From: an uncultured Planctomycetales bacterium
GTDB lineage: Bacteria > Omnitrophota > Gorgyraeia > Gygaellales > Profunditerraquicolaceae
Assembly: GCA_964545575.1 (NCBI GenBank)
Contig: CAZJFL010000009.1
Location: 19,574-83,573 of the forward strand
Length of the DNA: 64,000 nt
Direction of reading: 5' to 3'
Shown here: positions 56,036 to 64,000 of the stretch, one piece after another
Layout of the letters: each line of letters begins with the position of its first letter
Numbering within the stretch: the first letter of the stretch is position 1
The notes under the pieces: model-generated
Told to the model about the DNA's origin: nothing
Database searches by the model: none
Seen by the model: only the letters and a program-made list of their open reading frames with translations
Program-made: the position numbers and the translations under genes

Positions 56036-56515
56036 GTGAGAAGTTTATTCTTATGCTTAATATTATGCTTTGTATCGATTATTTCTAACTGTTACGCTCA
56101 GCCATCTACGAGTTCGGATTTGTTAAATAATGCCAAACAATATGACGGCAAAACTATCAGCTACAAAGGAGAGGTCATTGGAGAGATTATGATCCGCGGA
56201 GATCACGCATGGCTGCATGTGAATGACGGCATTATTGCGATTGGTATTTGGGCTCCAAAGACGATGATTCAAGATATTGGCTATATCGGAGATTATCATA
56301 AAAAAGGGGATATCGTAGATGTTTCCGGAACGTTTCATCGAAGCTGTTTGGAGCATGGGGGTGATTTGGATATTCATGCCTCTGAAATAAAGAAAATAAC
56401 TTCGGGAAGTCCGGTTATCCAGCCTATCAGCACAAAAAAAGCTTACCTTGGAGTTTATTCTTTAATACTCGTTTTGTTATTCTATGCATTAAAGAAATTT
56501 TTTCAGCACAGATAA
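56036..56515 (+). CDS. Hypothetical secreted protein with a C-terminal membrane anchor
   Basis: It has a signal peptide and a C-terminal hydrophobic helix. Confidence 0.4.
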   Translation: MRSLFLCLILCFVSIISNCYAQPSTSSDLLNNAKQYDGKTISYKGEVIGEIMIRGDHAWLHVNDGIIAIGIWAPKTMIQDIGYIGDYHKKGDIVDVSGTFHRSCLEHGGDLDIHASEIKKITSGSPVIQPISTKKAYLGVYSLILVLLFYALKKFFQHR

Positions 56516-56666
56516 CGTTAATATTTGGATTTGATCCTTCCTGTGTCCGCATTAATGAAGTAGGCATCGCGTAATCTTCACAAAACGCCATCCTTCGGAT
56601 AGCAAGTAAACATCTTTACAAAGCCGTTTAACTATAATATAATATTGCCTAATAATTAGGCAGAAG

Positions 56667-58193
56667 ATGACTAAGAAAATCGGTTTTGATAACGAAAAAT
56701 ACCTCAAAGAACAGACTCAAGCGATTGTTGAAAGAGTCAAGAAATTCGGCAATAAGCTGTATCTGGAATTCGGCGGAAAACTCTGCTTCGATTACCACGC
56801 CGCGCGCGTCCTTCCCGGTTACGATCACAACGTAAAAATAAGATTATTGCAGGAGTTAAAAGATAAAATAGATATCGTCCTGTGCATTTACGCCGGAGAC
56901 ATCGAAAAGGGCAGGGTCAGGGGTGACTTCGGCATCACCTATGACGCCGCAACCCTAAAACTTATAGATGATTTAAGGAAGTGGGGCTTGGACATACTGG
57001 CGGTAGTGATTACGCGTTTTACCAACCAGCCTACGGCAGTAATGTTTAAAAATAAACTGGAGCGGCGCGGGGTAAAAGTTTACCTGCATTACCCCATTGA
57101 AGGTTATCCGGTTAATGTGGATTTTGTGGCCAGCGACGCCGGGTTCGGTAAAAACGATTACATCAAGACCAAAAACCCCATCGTGATTATTACCGGCCCC
57201 GGCCCGAATAGCGGAAAATTAGCTACCTGCCTTTCTCAGCTATATCATGAACATAAACTTAAAATCAACGCCGGCTACGCCAAGTTTGAGACTTTCCCTA
57301 TCTGGAACCTGCCGCTTAAGCATCCGGTTAATGTCGCTTATGAGGCAGCTACTGCCGATATCCAGGATTTCAATCTGGTGGATCCCTTTCACTTGAATAA
57401 ATACAACAAGGCCGCGATTAATTATAATCGCGATGTGGAGTGTTTCCCGATATTAAAGTTGATTTTGACCAGGATCATCGACCCTGCAGGTACTTTGCCG
57501 ATGTATAATTCTCCCACCGACATGGGCGTAAACCGGGCGGGCTTTGGTATAGTGGATGATAAAACAGTGCAGGAGGCGGCAAAGCAGGAATTAATCCGCA
57601 GGTATTTCAGGTATAACAGCGAATACGTTCTGGGAATCGAGAGGAAAGAGACAGTGGACAGGGTGATGCTGTTAATGGAAGAATTACAGGTGAAGGTGAG
57701 CGATAGGGCGGTGGTCGAGCCTGCGCGCGCCGCGGCTGAAGAGGCCGAGAAAAAAGAAAAAGGCCATGCCGGAATATTTTGCGGAGCAGCCATACAGTTA
57801 AACGACGGGCAGATTATTACGGGTAAAAACTCCGCGTTGATGCATGCTGCTTCTAGCCTTATATTGAACGCCATAAAAATACTTGCGCATATCCCGGATG
57901 AGATTCTCCTGCTTTCGCCCAACATCATCAACCAGATCGCCAAGCTTAAAGAAGGCATCTTGGACACAGACTCCGAAAGCCTGGACTTAGAAGAAACCCT
58001 GATCGCCCTTTCTATCAGCGCCACCACCAATCACACCGCAGAATTAGCGATGAAGAAATTAATGGAGCTCAGGGCCTGCGAAGTGCACATGACCCATATC
58101 CCCACCCCCGGAGATGAGGTAGGTTTAAAAAGGCTAGGCGTGAATCTCACTACGGACGGAAAGTTTTCTTCCCGCAATCTCTTCGTCACCTAA
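56667..58193 (+). CDS. Conserved protein of unknown function (DUF1846-like)
   Basis: 508 aa. The domain assignment is from memory of the family and is uncertain. Confidence 0.4.
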   Translation: MTKKIGFDNEKYLKEQTQAIVERVKKFGNKLYLEFGGKLCFDYHAARVLPGYDHNVKIRLLQELKDKIDIVLCIYAGDIEKGRVRGDFGITYDAATLKLIDDLRKWGLDILAVVITRFTNQPTAVMFKNKLERRGVKVYLHYPIEGYPVNVDFVASDAGFGKNDYIKTKNPIVIITGPGPNSGKLATCLSQLYHEHKLKINAGYAKFETFPIWNLPLKHPVNVAYEAATADIQDFNLVDPFHLNKYNKAAINYNRDVECFPILKLILTRIIDPAGTLPMYNSPTDMGVNRAGFGIVDDKTVQEAAKQELIRRYFRYNSEYVLGIERKETVDRVMLLMEELQVKVSDRAVVEPARAAAEEAEKKEKGHAGIFCGAAIQLNDGQIITGKNSALMHAASSLILNAIKILAHIPDEILLLSPNIINQIAKLKEGILDTDSESLDLEETLIALSISATTNHTAELAMKKLMELRACEVHMTHIPTPGDEVGLKRLGVNLTTDGKFSSRNLFVT

Positions 58194-58874
58194 ATGAACC
58201 CTAGGCTTAAGTTTCTGGTTTTAATCATTTCCGTATTCCTTCTTTGGTATCTGGCAAGATATTTTCATCTGGACATAGAAGCCTTAGAGGCGTATTTTAA
58301 AAAGATCCCGCTAATTTTATCCGGGATAATTTTTGTTTTTCTTTACTGCCTAGTTACTTTTTTTCTCTGGTTTTCTAAGGATATATTCAGGTTTGCGGCT
58401 GCCCTTTTATTCGGGGCTTATTTAAGCACGGTTTTTATTTTTATCGCCGAAATCATCAATGCCTTTATCCTCTTTCATCTCTGTCGTTTCCTCGGCCGGG
58501 CTTTTGTCGAGGATTCCCTAAAAGGTAAATACGCCGCACTTGATCAGGGCCTGGGCAAGATAAGCTTTACCTGGCTTTTTCTTTTTCGCGCCACCCCGCT
58601 TATACCTTTTAGGTTTCTGGATTTAACTTGCGGGCTTACCCGCATATCCTTTAAGAGGTACCTCTTAGCGGTTATCTTGGGCTCGCCGCTACGCATATTC
58701 TGGGTGCAATATATTTTGGCGGGGGTGGGGACGAGCATTTTAAGCCGGCCGGAAGCCCTGGCTAATTATTTGCTCTTCAACAAACCGGCGTTTATCTTTA
58801 GCCTGATTTATTTTGTTTTAGTGATAATGGTAGCATGGAAATTAAAACCAGGGAGCAGGGTGCATGGCGGTTAA
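58194..58874 (+). CDS. DedA/TVP38-like integral membrane protein
   Basis: 226 aa with multiple transmembrane segments. It is translationally coupled to the flanking genes. Confidence 0.4.
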   Translation: MNPRLKFLVLIISVFLLWYLARYFHLDIEALEAYFKKIPLILSGIIFVFLYCLVTFFLWFSKDIFRFAAALLFGAYLSTVFIFIAEIINAFILFHLCRFLGRAFVEDSLKGKYAALDQGLGKISFTWLFLFRATPLIPFRFLDLTCGLTRISFKRYLLAVILGSPLRIFWVQYILAGVGTSILSRPEALANYLLFNKPAFIFSLIYFVLVIMVAWKLKPGSRVHGG

Positions 58875-60258
58875 GATAAAGTTTTTAGGCGGGGTAAGGA
58901 CGGTCACCGGCTCAAGCCACCTCGTTTCAACCGATAAATCCGAAATACTGCTCGATGCCGGGCTATTCCAGGGGCACCGTAACGAGTTTTACCGCGTCAA
59001 CACCGCCTTTAATTATAACCCGCATAAGCTCGACGCCTGCATTTTGTCCCACGCCCATATTGACCACTGCGGCAATATACCAGGCTTAATCAAAAAGGGG
59101 ATACGTTGCAATATCTATACCACTTCCGCCACCAAAGATTTATGCCGGGTGATGCTGGAAGATTCGGGCAAGATACAGGAAGAAGACGCAAAGTACGTCA
59201 ATAAAATTAACCGGAGGCTCGGGCTGCCCCTGGCAGAGCCGCTGTATACCAGAAAAGACGCGCTGAAAGCCGCCAGGAGGTTCCGTTCGATTTCTTACGG
59301 GCAAAGATTCTGTGTGGCTAAGGATGTTTTTGTGACCCTCTATGACGCCGGCCATATTCTTGGCTCAAGCATCATTGTTTTGGATATAAAGGACGGCTTA
59401 AAGAATATCCGTTTAGGCTACGCTGTGGATCTGGGGAGAAAGAACTTGCCTTTATTGAATGACCCGGTGGTGCCCTCGGGGCTGGATTATCTGATTCTGG
59501 AGACTACTTACGCAGATAGGGTGCATGCGCCCATCGAGGAAGCAAAGGGGAGGTTACGTGACGCCATAAACAAGACCGTGGAGCGCAGAGGCAAAGTGAT
59601 CATTCCTTCCTTTACCCTGGAGCGCACCCAGGAGGTAATTTATTTTTTAAACGCGCTGATTAGAGAAAAGGCCATCCCTTCCATTCCCGTATATGTGGAT
59701 AGCCCCATGGCTACGGATATTACCGATATCTTTAAGTACCATACTGCTTTTTTAGATGTTCAGACCCGCCGGGAGATAGAGCAGGGCAATGATCCTTTTG
59801 AATTCCTGAACCTGCGCTATATCCGCGACCAGAATGAATCCAAGAGCCTCAATACCGATAAGCGGCCGATGATTATTATTGCCGGCTCCGGCATGTGCGA
59901 ATCCGGGCGCATCCTGCACCACCTGAAAAATAATATTGAGGATACCAGGAATACCATCCTCGTGGTGGGTTATATGGCCAAAGATACTCTGGGCAAAAGA
60001 ATAGTTGACCAGGTGCGCATCGTGCGCATATTCGGGGTGGAATATGAGCTGAATGCAGAGGTCGTCGTGATTAACGCCTTTTCGGGCCACGCGGATAAAA
60101 ACGAATTAAATGATTTTATTACCGCTTGCCTCCCCCTGGAGCGTATATTCTTAGTCCACGGAGACGAAGAAAAAACCTTAGCCTTTTGCGACAACCTTTC
60201 CCGGGCGGGCCTGGCCGCCTATGTCCCGCATAAAAGCGAAGAAGTCTTGCTAGATTGA
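58864..60258 (+). CDS. MBL-fold beta-CASP ribonuclease (RNA-metabolising metallo-beta-lactamase)
   Basis: It has the HAHIDHCG metal motif and beta-CASP motifs. Confidence 0.75.
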   Translation: MAVKIKFLGGVRTVTGSSHLVSTDKSEILLDAGLFQGHRNEFYRVNTAFNYNPHKLDACILSHAHIDHCGNIPGLIKKGIRCNIYTTSATKDLCRVMLEDSGKIQEEDAKYVNKINRRLGLPLAEPLYTRKDALKAARRFRSISYGQRFCVAKDVFVTLYDAGHILGSSIIVLDIKDGLKNIRLGYAVDLGRKNLPLLNDPVVPSGLDYLILETTYADRVHAPIEEAKGRLRDAINKTVERRGKVIIPSFTLERTQEVIYFLNALIREKAIPSIPVYVDSPMATDITDIFKYHTAFLDVQTRREIEQGNDPFEFLNLRYIRDQNESKSLNTDKRPMIIIAGSGMCESGRILHHLKNNIEDTRNTILVVGYMAKDTLGKRIVDQVRIVRIFGVEYELNAEVVVINAFSGHADKNELNDFITACLPLERIFLVHGDEEKTLAFCDNLSRAGLAAYVPHKSEEVLLD

Positions 60259-60302
60259 AGTTTATATGTTAATATAAGTCCCTAATTAAGGAGGCTCTAA
60301 AA

Positions 60303-60536
60303 ATGATAGGCGGATTTTCTACACCAAAAAAAGACAGGATGATCAAGGTTTCTAACGGCGAGTGCGTCAAAACCGGCCAGATCCTGGTCAGGGGGATGAG
60401 TATTTACAAGCCGGGCGTAAACGTCAGGGGGCTCAATACCCTGCAGGCGCTTTGCGACGGACACGTTTCTTTTTCCAAAAAAAAGACGCCTTACGGTAAG
60501 GTCAGGACCTTTATCAGCGTCCTACCGAAGAAGTAG
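60303..60536 (+). CDS. rpmA: Divergent ribosomal protein bL27-like
   Basis: The core aligns with L27 (ILVRGMSIYKPGVNVRGLNTLQALCDGHVSF against [34 protein letters not shown]), but the N-terminus is atypical. Confidence 0.5.
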   Translation: MIGGFSTPKKDRMIKVSNGECVKTGQILVRGMSIYKPGVNVRGLNTLQALCDGHVSFSKKKTPYGKVRTFISVLPKK

Positions 60537-60555
60537 ATAACCCCGATAGCCACTA

Positions 60556-61695
60556 TTAAGCTCTGTTTATAAAATTGATTATAATACGGGCAGCGCCTGA
60601 GGCGGCGCCTTTTTCTCCGAGCGAGGATTTGACGCCGGCGAGGTCGTTCTTCATACGCTCTAATTCTTGCGGATTATTGAGGATCTTTAAGGTTGCCTGG
60701 GCTATTTTTTGCGGGCGAGCTTGAAACTGGATGAATTCCGGAATAATCTTTTTTCCTGCCACTATATTTACCATGCCGATATAAGGGACCTTTACCTGCG
60801 GCCGGTAGAACAGGTAATTCAAGAGGCCCATTTTGTAAATCACTACAAACGGCTTTTGCATAATTGCAGTTTCCAGAGTCGCCGTCCCTGAGCAGACCAA
60901 ACAGAAATCCGCGCTGTTGAGGCAATCGTAAGTTTTTCCCTCGATGATTTTTAAGTCTAAGTTAAAATTTTTAATGATGCGGTTATAAATATCCAGCTCG
61001 ACCTGATGCGGTTTAGCAACCACAAGCTGTGTATTTTTTATTTCTTTCTCTATGAGTTCTGCCGCGCCCAACATCACCGGCAAAATATTCTTAATCTCTG
61101 CTTTACGCGAGCCCGGCAGGAGCGCAATCGTGGTTTTCGATTCCGCAAGGCCGTATCTCTTTAAAAAAACACTTTTTTCCATATCGGGCCGGGCAATATC
61201 CAGCAGCGGATGGCCTACAAAATCCGCAGCCACGCCGTATTTTCTATAAAATTCCTCCTCGAATTTAAAGAGTACAATCATCTTATGGATAAAATTTTTT
61301 ATAGTTTTGACCCTACCCGGGCGGGACGCCCAGACCTGGGGGCTGACATAGTAGATAGTCGGTATGCTTTTATTGATTTTTTTAGCCAGGCGCAGGTTAA
61401 AACCGGAAAAATCCACCAGAATTACAGCCTGCGGTTTATCCTTTTTTATTTTGTTCAGGATTAGTTTTTGTAAGGTAAAGAACCGGGGCAACTTTAGGAA
61501 TACGTCGAATAGCCCCATCACGGCGAGCTCTTTTATATTATAGATAATTTCCGCCCCTGTCCGGGCCAGGTATAAGCCGCCTACCCCGGAAATCTTCATT
61601 TCGGGATTTATGGCTAAAATTGCCTGGGCAAGATTTGCCGCCTGCAGGTCTCCGGACGGTTCGCCCGAGACGATCAGGATATTTTTTTGCGCCAT
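60556..61695 (-). CDS. lpxB: Lipid-A-disaccharide synthase
   Basis: 379 aa with the ILIVSGEPSGDLQAANLAQA N-terminus and GT-B fold. Confidence 0.85.
   Translation of the reverse strand: MAQKNILIVSGEPSGDLQAANLAQAILAINPEMKISGVGGLYLARTGAEIIYNIKELAVMGLFDVFLKLPRFFTLQKLILNKIKKDKPQAVILVDFSGFNLRLAKKINKSIPTIYYVSPQVWASRPGRVKTIKNFIHKMIVLFKFEEEFYRKYGVAADFVGHPLLDIARPDMEKSVFLKRYGLAESKTTIALLPGSRKAEIKNILPVMLGAAELIEKEIKNTQLVVAKPHQVELDIYNRIIKNFNLDLKIIEGKTYDCLNSADFCLVCSGTATLETAIMQKPFVVIYKMGLLNYLFYRPQVKVPYIGMVNIVAGKKIIPEFIQFQARPQKIAQATLKILNNPQELERMKNDLAGVKSSLGEKGAASGAARIIINFINRA
60597..60625 (+). terminator. Putative terminator for the bL27-like gene (gcgcc-tgaggc-ggcgc, then CUUUUUC), embedded in the 3' end of the convergent lpxB
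   Basis: Seen in sequence. The stem is short. Confidence 0.3.
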
Positions 61696-62600
61696 ATCTG
61701 ATTTTGAATTTCCAGGGCTACCTTTACCGCTTCCCGGGCAACCCGGCCTGAGACTAAAGGTTCTTTGCGGGTTAAGACGCAGTCGATAAAAGATTCCAGT
61801 TCTTTTTGCAAAGGCTGCTCTTTTTCAATCGGAAGGTTGTTTTTGGTGATGGTCGAGCCGTCACGTTTATACACCGATGCCTGGGCCTCTTTGTAATCCA
61901 GGGATATATAGGTATCCTTCTGGAAGATCCGGATTTTACGCATTACCTCCTCGGATACGCGGCTGGCGGTCAGGTTGGCGACGCAGCCGTTCTTAAACCT
62001 GATGCGGGCATTGGCAATATCTTCCAAGGATGTCAGGACGCTTACGCCCACGGACTCTATTCTTTTTATTTTTGAAGAGACCAGCCCTAAGACGATATCG
62101 ATATCGTGGATCATGATATCCAGTACCGCTCCCACGTCTTGCGAGCGGTTAGGGAAAGGGCTCAAGCGGTGGCATTCGATGAACCTGGGCTCTTGAATTA
62201 TTTTTTTGGTGGCGGCGAAGGCAGAGTTAAACCTTTCGATGTGGCCTACCTGCAGGATGACATTATTTTTCTGTGCTCTTTTAATCAGGGAGTCCGCTTC
62301 TTTGAGGCTAGTAGTAAAGGGTTTTTCCACCAGCAGATCTATTTTGTGGGCGATGAAGTCAGCGCTAATTTGATAATGCAGCTTGGTAGGGGCGGCGATA
62401 CTTACCGCATCCACTTTATCGAAGAGGTCTTTATAATCCAGGTAGCCGGGGATGCCTAATTGCTGAGAAATCTGCTCTAAACGGCCTTTATCTATGTCGC
62501 AGACAGCCGCGAGAGTGCAATTCGGGATTTCTTTGTAGATTTTAGCGTGGATACTGCCCAAATGCCCCACGCCTACAACGCCGACTTTTACTTTATCCAT
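61674..62600 (-). CDS. Gfo/Idh/MocA-family NAD(P)-dependent oxidoreductase
   Basis: It has the VGVVGVGHLG Rossmann N-terminus. The start is chosen at the MDKVK ATG (62598-62600). Confidence 0.7.
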   Translation of the reverse strand: MDKVKVGVVGVGHLGSIHAKIYKEIPNCTLAAVCDIDKGRLEQISQQLGIPGYLDYKDLFDKVDAVSIAAPTKLHYQISADFIAHKIDLLVEKPFTTSLKEADSLIKRAQKNNVILQVGHIERFNSAFAATKKIIQEPRFIECHRLSPFPNRSQDVGAVLDIMIHDIDIVLGLVSSKIKRIESVGVSVLTSLEDIANARIRFKNGCVANLTASRVSEEVMRKIRIFQKDTYISLDYKEAQASVYKRDGSTITKNNLPIEKEQPLQKELESFIDCVLTRKEPLVSGRVAREAVKVALEIQNQIWRKKIS

Positions 62601-62825
62601 AGCAAGAATAATAGCAGAGTAGTCATCGCCTTGCAACTAAAATTTTCTTCACGATATTTTGCGGGTCCCTGCCTGCCGGCAGGCAGGCTGTCTTGGCTAT
62701 TTTCTCGCAGGAGTATCTTTTGGGATTGACAAGGATTTTATCCGGCGTAGAATAGCGTTGTGGGGACAGTTCTGTCAGAACCCATTGCGGATAAGCAGGT
62801 AAAATAGAAACGGTCTAGAAAGCCA

Positions 62826-63074
62826 GTGGAAGAAAAGCGCCCGGAGGATAAGCGGTATTTTAAAACTTACTGGATAGTTATTGCTTTCCTGTGCGTAGGG
62901 CCGCTGGCTTTGCCGTTGGTCTGGTTCAATCCTCGTTTTAGCCGGAAAACGAAGGTAATTGTAACTATAGTAATTCTTATTTTAACCTATTATTTAGGTT
63001 CTTTCCTGATGAATTCCCTGCGCTCGATAAAAGAATATTACGGCATAATCTTTAAATCCTCAGACCGTTTCTAA
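62826..63074 (+). CDS. Small membrane protein (2 TM), function unknown
   Basis: 82-aa ORF with two hydrophobic helices. There is no other support. Confidence 0.3.
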   Translation: MEEKRPEDKRYFKTYWIVIAFLCVGPLALPLVWFNPRFSRKTKVIVTIVILILTYYLGSFLMNSLRSIKEYYGIIFKSSDRF

Positions 63075-63182
63075 GTAACCCCCAACTAGTAAATTACTTC
63101 TGTTTACCTAAAAGGCTCGACAAAAGCCGATGAATATGATATCATTTAACTTTAAACCCATACCAGAAAAAGGGATACCTTT

Positions 63183-64000
63183 ATGAAGGATTACCGCAAG
63201 TTATTCCGCTTCGCCGAGCCTTATTACAGGGAGCTTGTCTTATCCGGCATCCTGATGGCCGTAGTTACTTTCTTTGATATCTTCCGTTTAAGCGCCATCG
63301 TGCCCATCGTGGACAGGGTCTTTACCAATAAGCCTATCACCCTTGTCCATGCTAAGCTTCCTCCCTTTGTGGAGAATATCCTGAATTGGCTCAATACCCA
63401 AGAGCCAATAAAGGTGCTGTACGTGATGCTGATCGTAGTGCCCGTCGCTCTAATCATCAGGGCCGGTGTTGATTTCCTGCAGTCATATATGATGTCCGGT
63501 GTCGGCCAAAAGGTGATCCGGGACGTCAGGACCCTGATTTACGACAAACTGCAGAGCTTATCCCTGGATTATTTTACCCATAAAAGAAGCGGTGAGCTTA
63601 TCTCGCGCATCACCAATGACGTCAGGATGATAGAAAATGCCGTATCCTATGCGCTTACCGACCTGGTCTATCAGTCATTTGAAGTCGTCGCCTATGCAGC
63701 GGTTTGCGTGATCATCAACTGGAAGATGGCCCTGGGTGCGCTGATAGTCCTACCTCTGGTAGCCGTCCCGATGATCATGGTCGGCAAAGTATTGCGTAAA
63801 TTAAGCAAGAGATCGCAGGAGAAAATGGCGGACATCAATTCTTTGCTGGTTGAGACTTTCACCGGCGTCAGAATCGTACGGGCATTCTGCGCCGAAGAAA
63901 TAGAAGTGGATAAATTTAAAAAACAGAACCACGAGTATTATAGAATCGCCATGAAATCCATAAAACGCATGCTGATTTTAGGAAATGCTACGGAATTTAT
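63183..64000 (+). CDS. msbA: Lipid A export ABC transporter MsbA-like, N-terminal transmembrane domain (3' end outside window)
   Basis: It has an ABC exporter transmembrane-domain pattern. The frame is open to the window end and follows lpxB in an LPS context. Confidence 0.7.
   Translation, partial: MKDYRKLFRFAEPYYRELVLSGILMAVVTFFDIFRLSAIVPIVDRVFTNKPITLVHAKLPPFVENILNWLNTQEPIKVLYVMLIVVPVALIIRAGVDFLQSYMMSGVGQKVIRDVRTLIYDKLQSLSLDYFTHKRSGELISRITNDVRMIENAVSYALTDLVYQSFEVVAYAAVCVIINWKMALGALIVLPLVAVPMIMVGKVLRKLSKRSQEKMADINSLLVETFTGVRIVRAFCAEEIEVDKFKKQNHEYYRIAMKSIKRMLILGNATEF

Noticed and set aside
57422-58030. 202-aa minus-strand ORF
   Set aside because: It is antisense within the DUF1846-like gene, with no support.

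Overview
This window is a bacterial chromosome segment, probably from an uncultivated lineage. It has moderate GC content and many archaeal-type features: a split carB, a DapL-pathway dap cluster, and glutamate synthase domains encoded as separate proteins. Nearly all genes are on the + strand and are tightly packed into operons.

Content by region:
- 1-8.7 kb: housekeeping biosynthesis genes (htpX 3' end, dapA-dapB-dapL, folK, panC, nadX), a small Lys-rich protein built from an internal repeat, and a uvrA interrupted by an in-frame stop inside a short repeat insert.
- 8.7-13.4 kb: a large TPR protein followed by an ExbB/ExbD/TonB-like module.
- 13.4-20 kb: nadE, an Lrp-family regulator, aminotransferases, the first glutamine synthetase copy with a GAF-ANTAR regulator, a HAD phosphatase, a class-III aminotransferase and an esterase.
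- 20-29 kb: a split EamA transporter on the - strand. Then an operon that combines a partner-switching module (RsbW-like kinase, phosphorylatable STAS protein, CHASE2-PP2C phosphatase) with MlaE/F/D, a FecR-like protein and an outer-membrane beta-barrel.
- 29-46.6 kb: a dense nitrogen-assimilation island. It holds a DUF4870-like protein, an NfnA/NfnB-like (GltD-family) pair, gdhA, a second GAF-ANTAR gene, a stand-alone GltB FMN domain, a sigma factor, amtB-glnK, a second glnA, and a Fis-like HTH protein with gltB-gltD.
- 46.6-52.4 kb: pyrG, carA, the N-terminal half of carB, and purF.
- 52.5-64 kb: a KdpD/KdpE-like two-component system, trkH, DUF1846, a beta-CASP RNase, a divergent bL27, lpxB, a Gfo/Idh/MocA oxidoreductase and the start of msbA.

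The most interesting signals are non-coding:
- Structured leaders with the hallmarks of ANTAR-controlled terminator/antiterminator switches, located in the nitrogen genes.
- A family of tandem ~45-nt two-hairpin repeat units with compensatory stem changes, placed immediately upstream of several start codons, including one nested copy.
- A conserved multi-stem leader shared by two unrelated genes.
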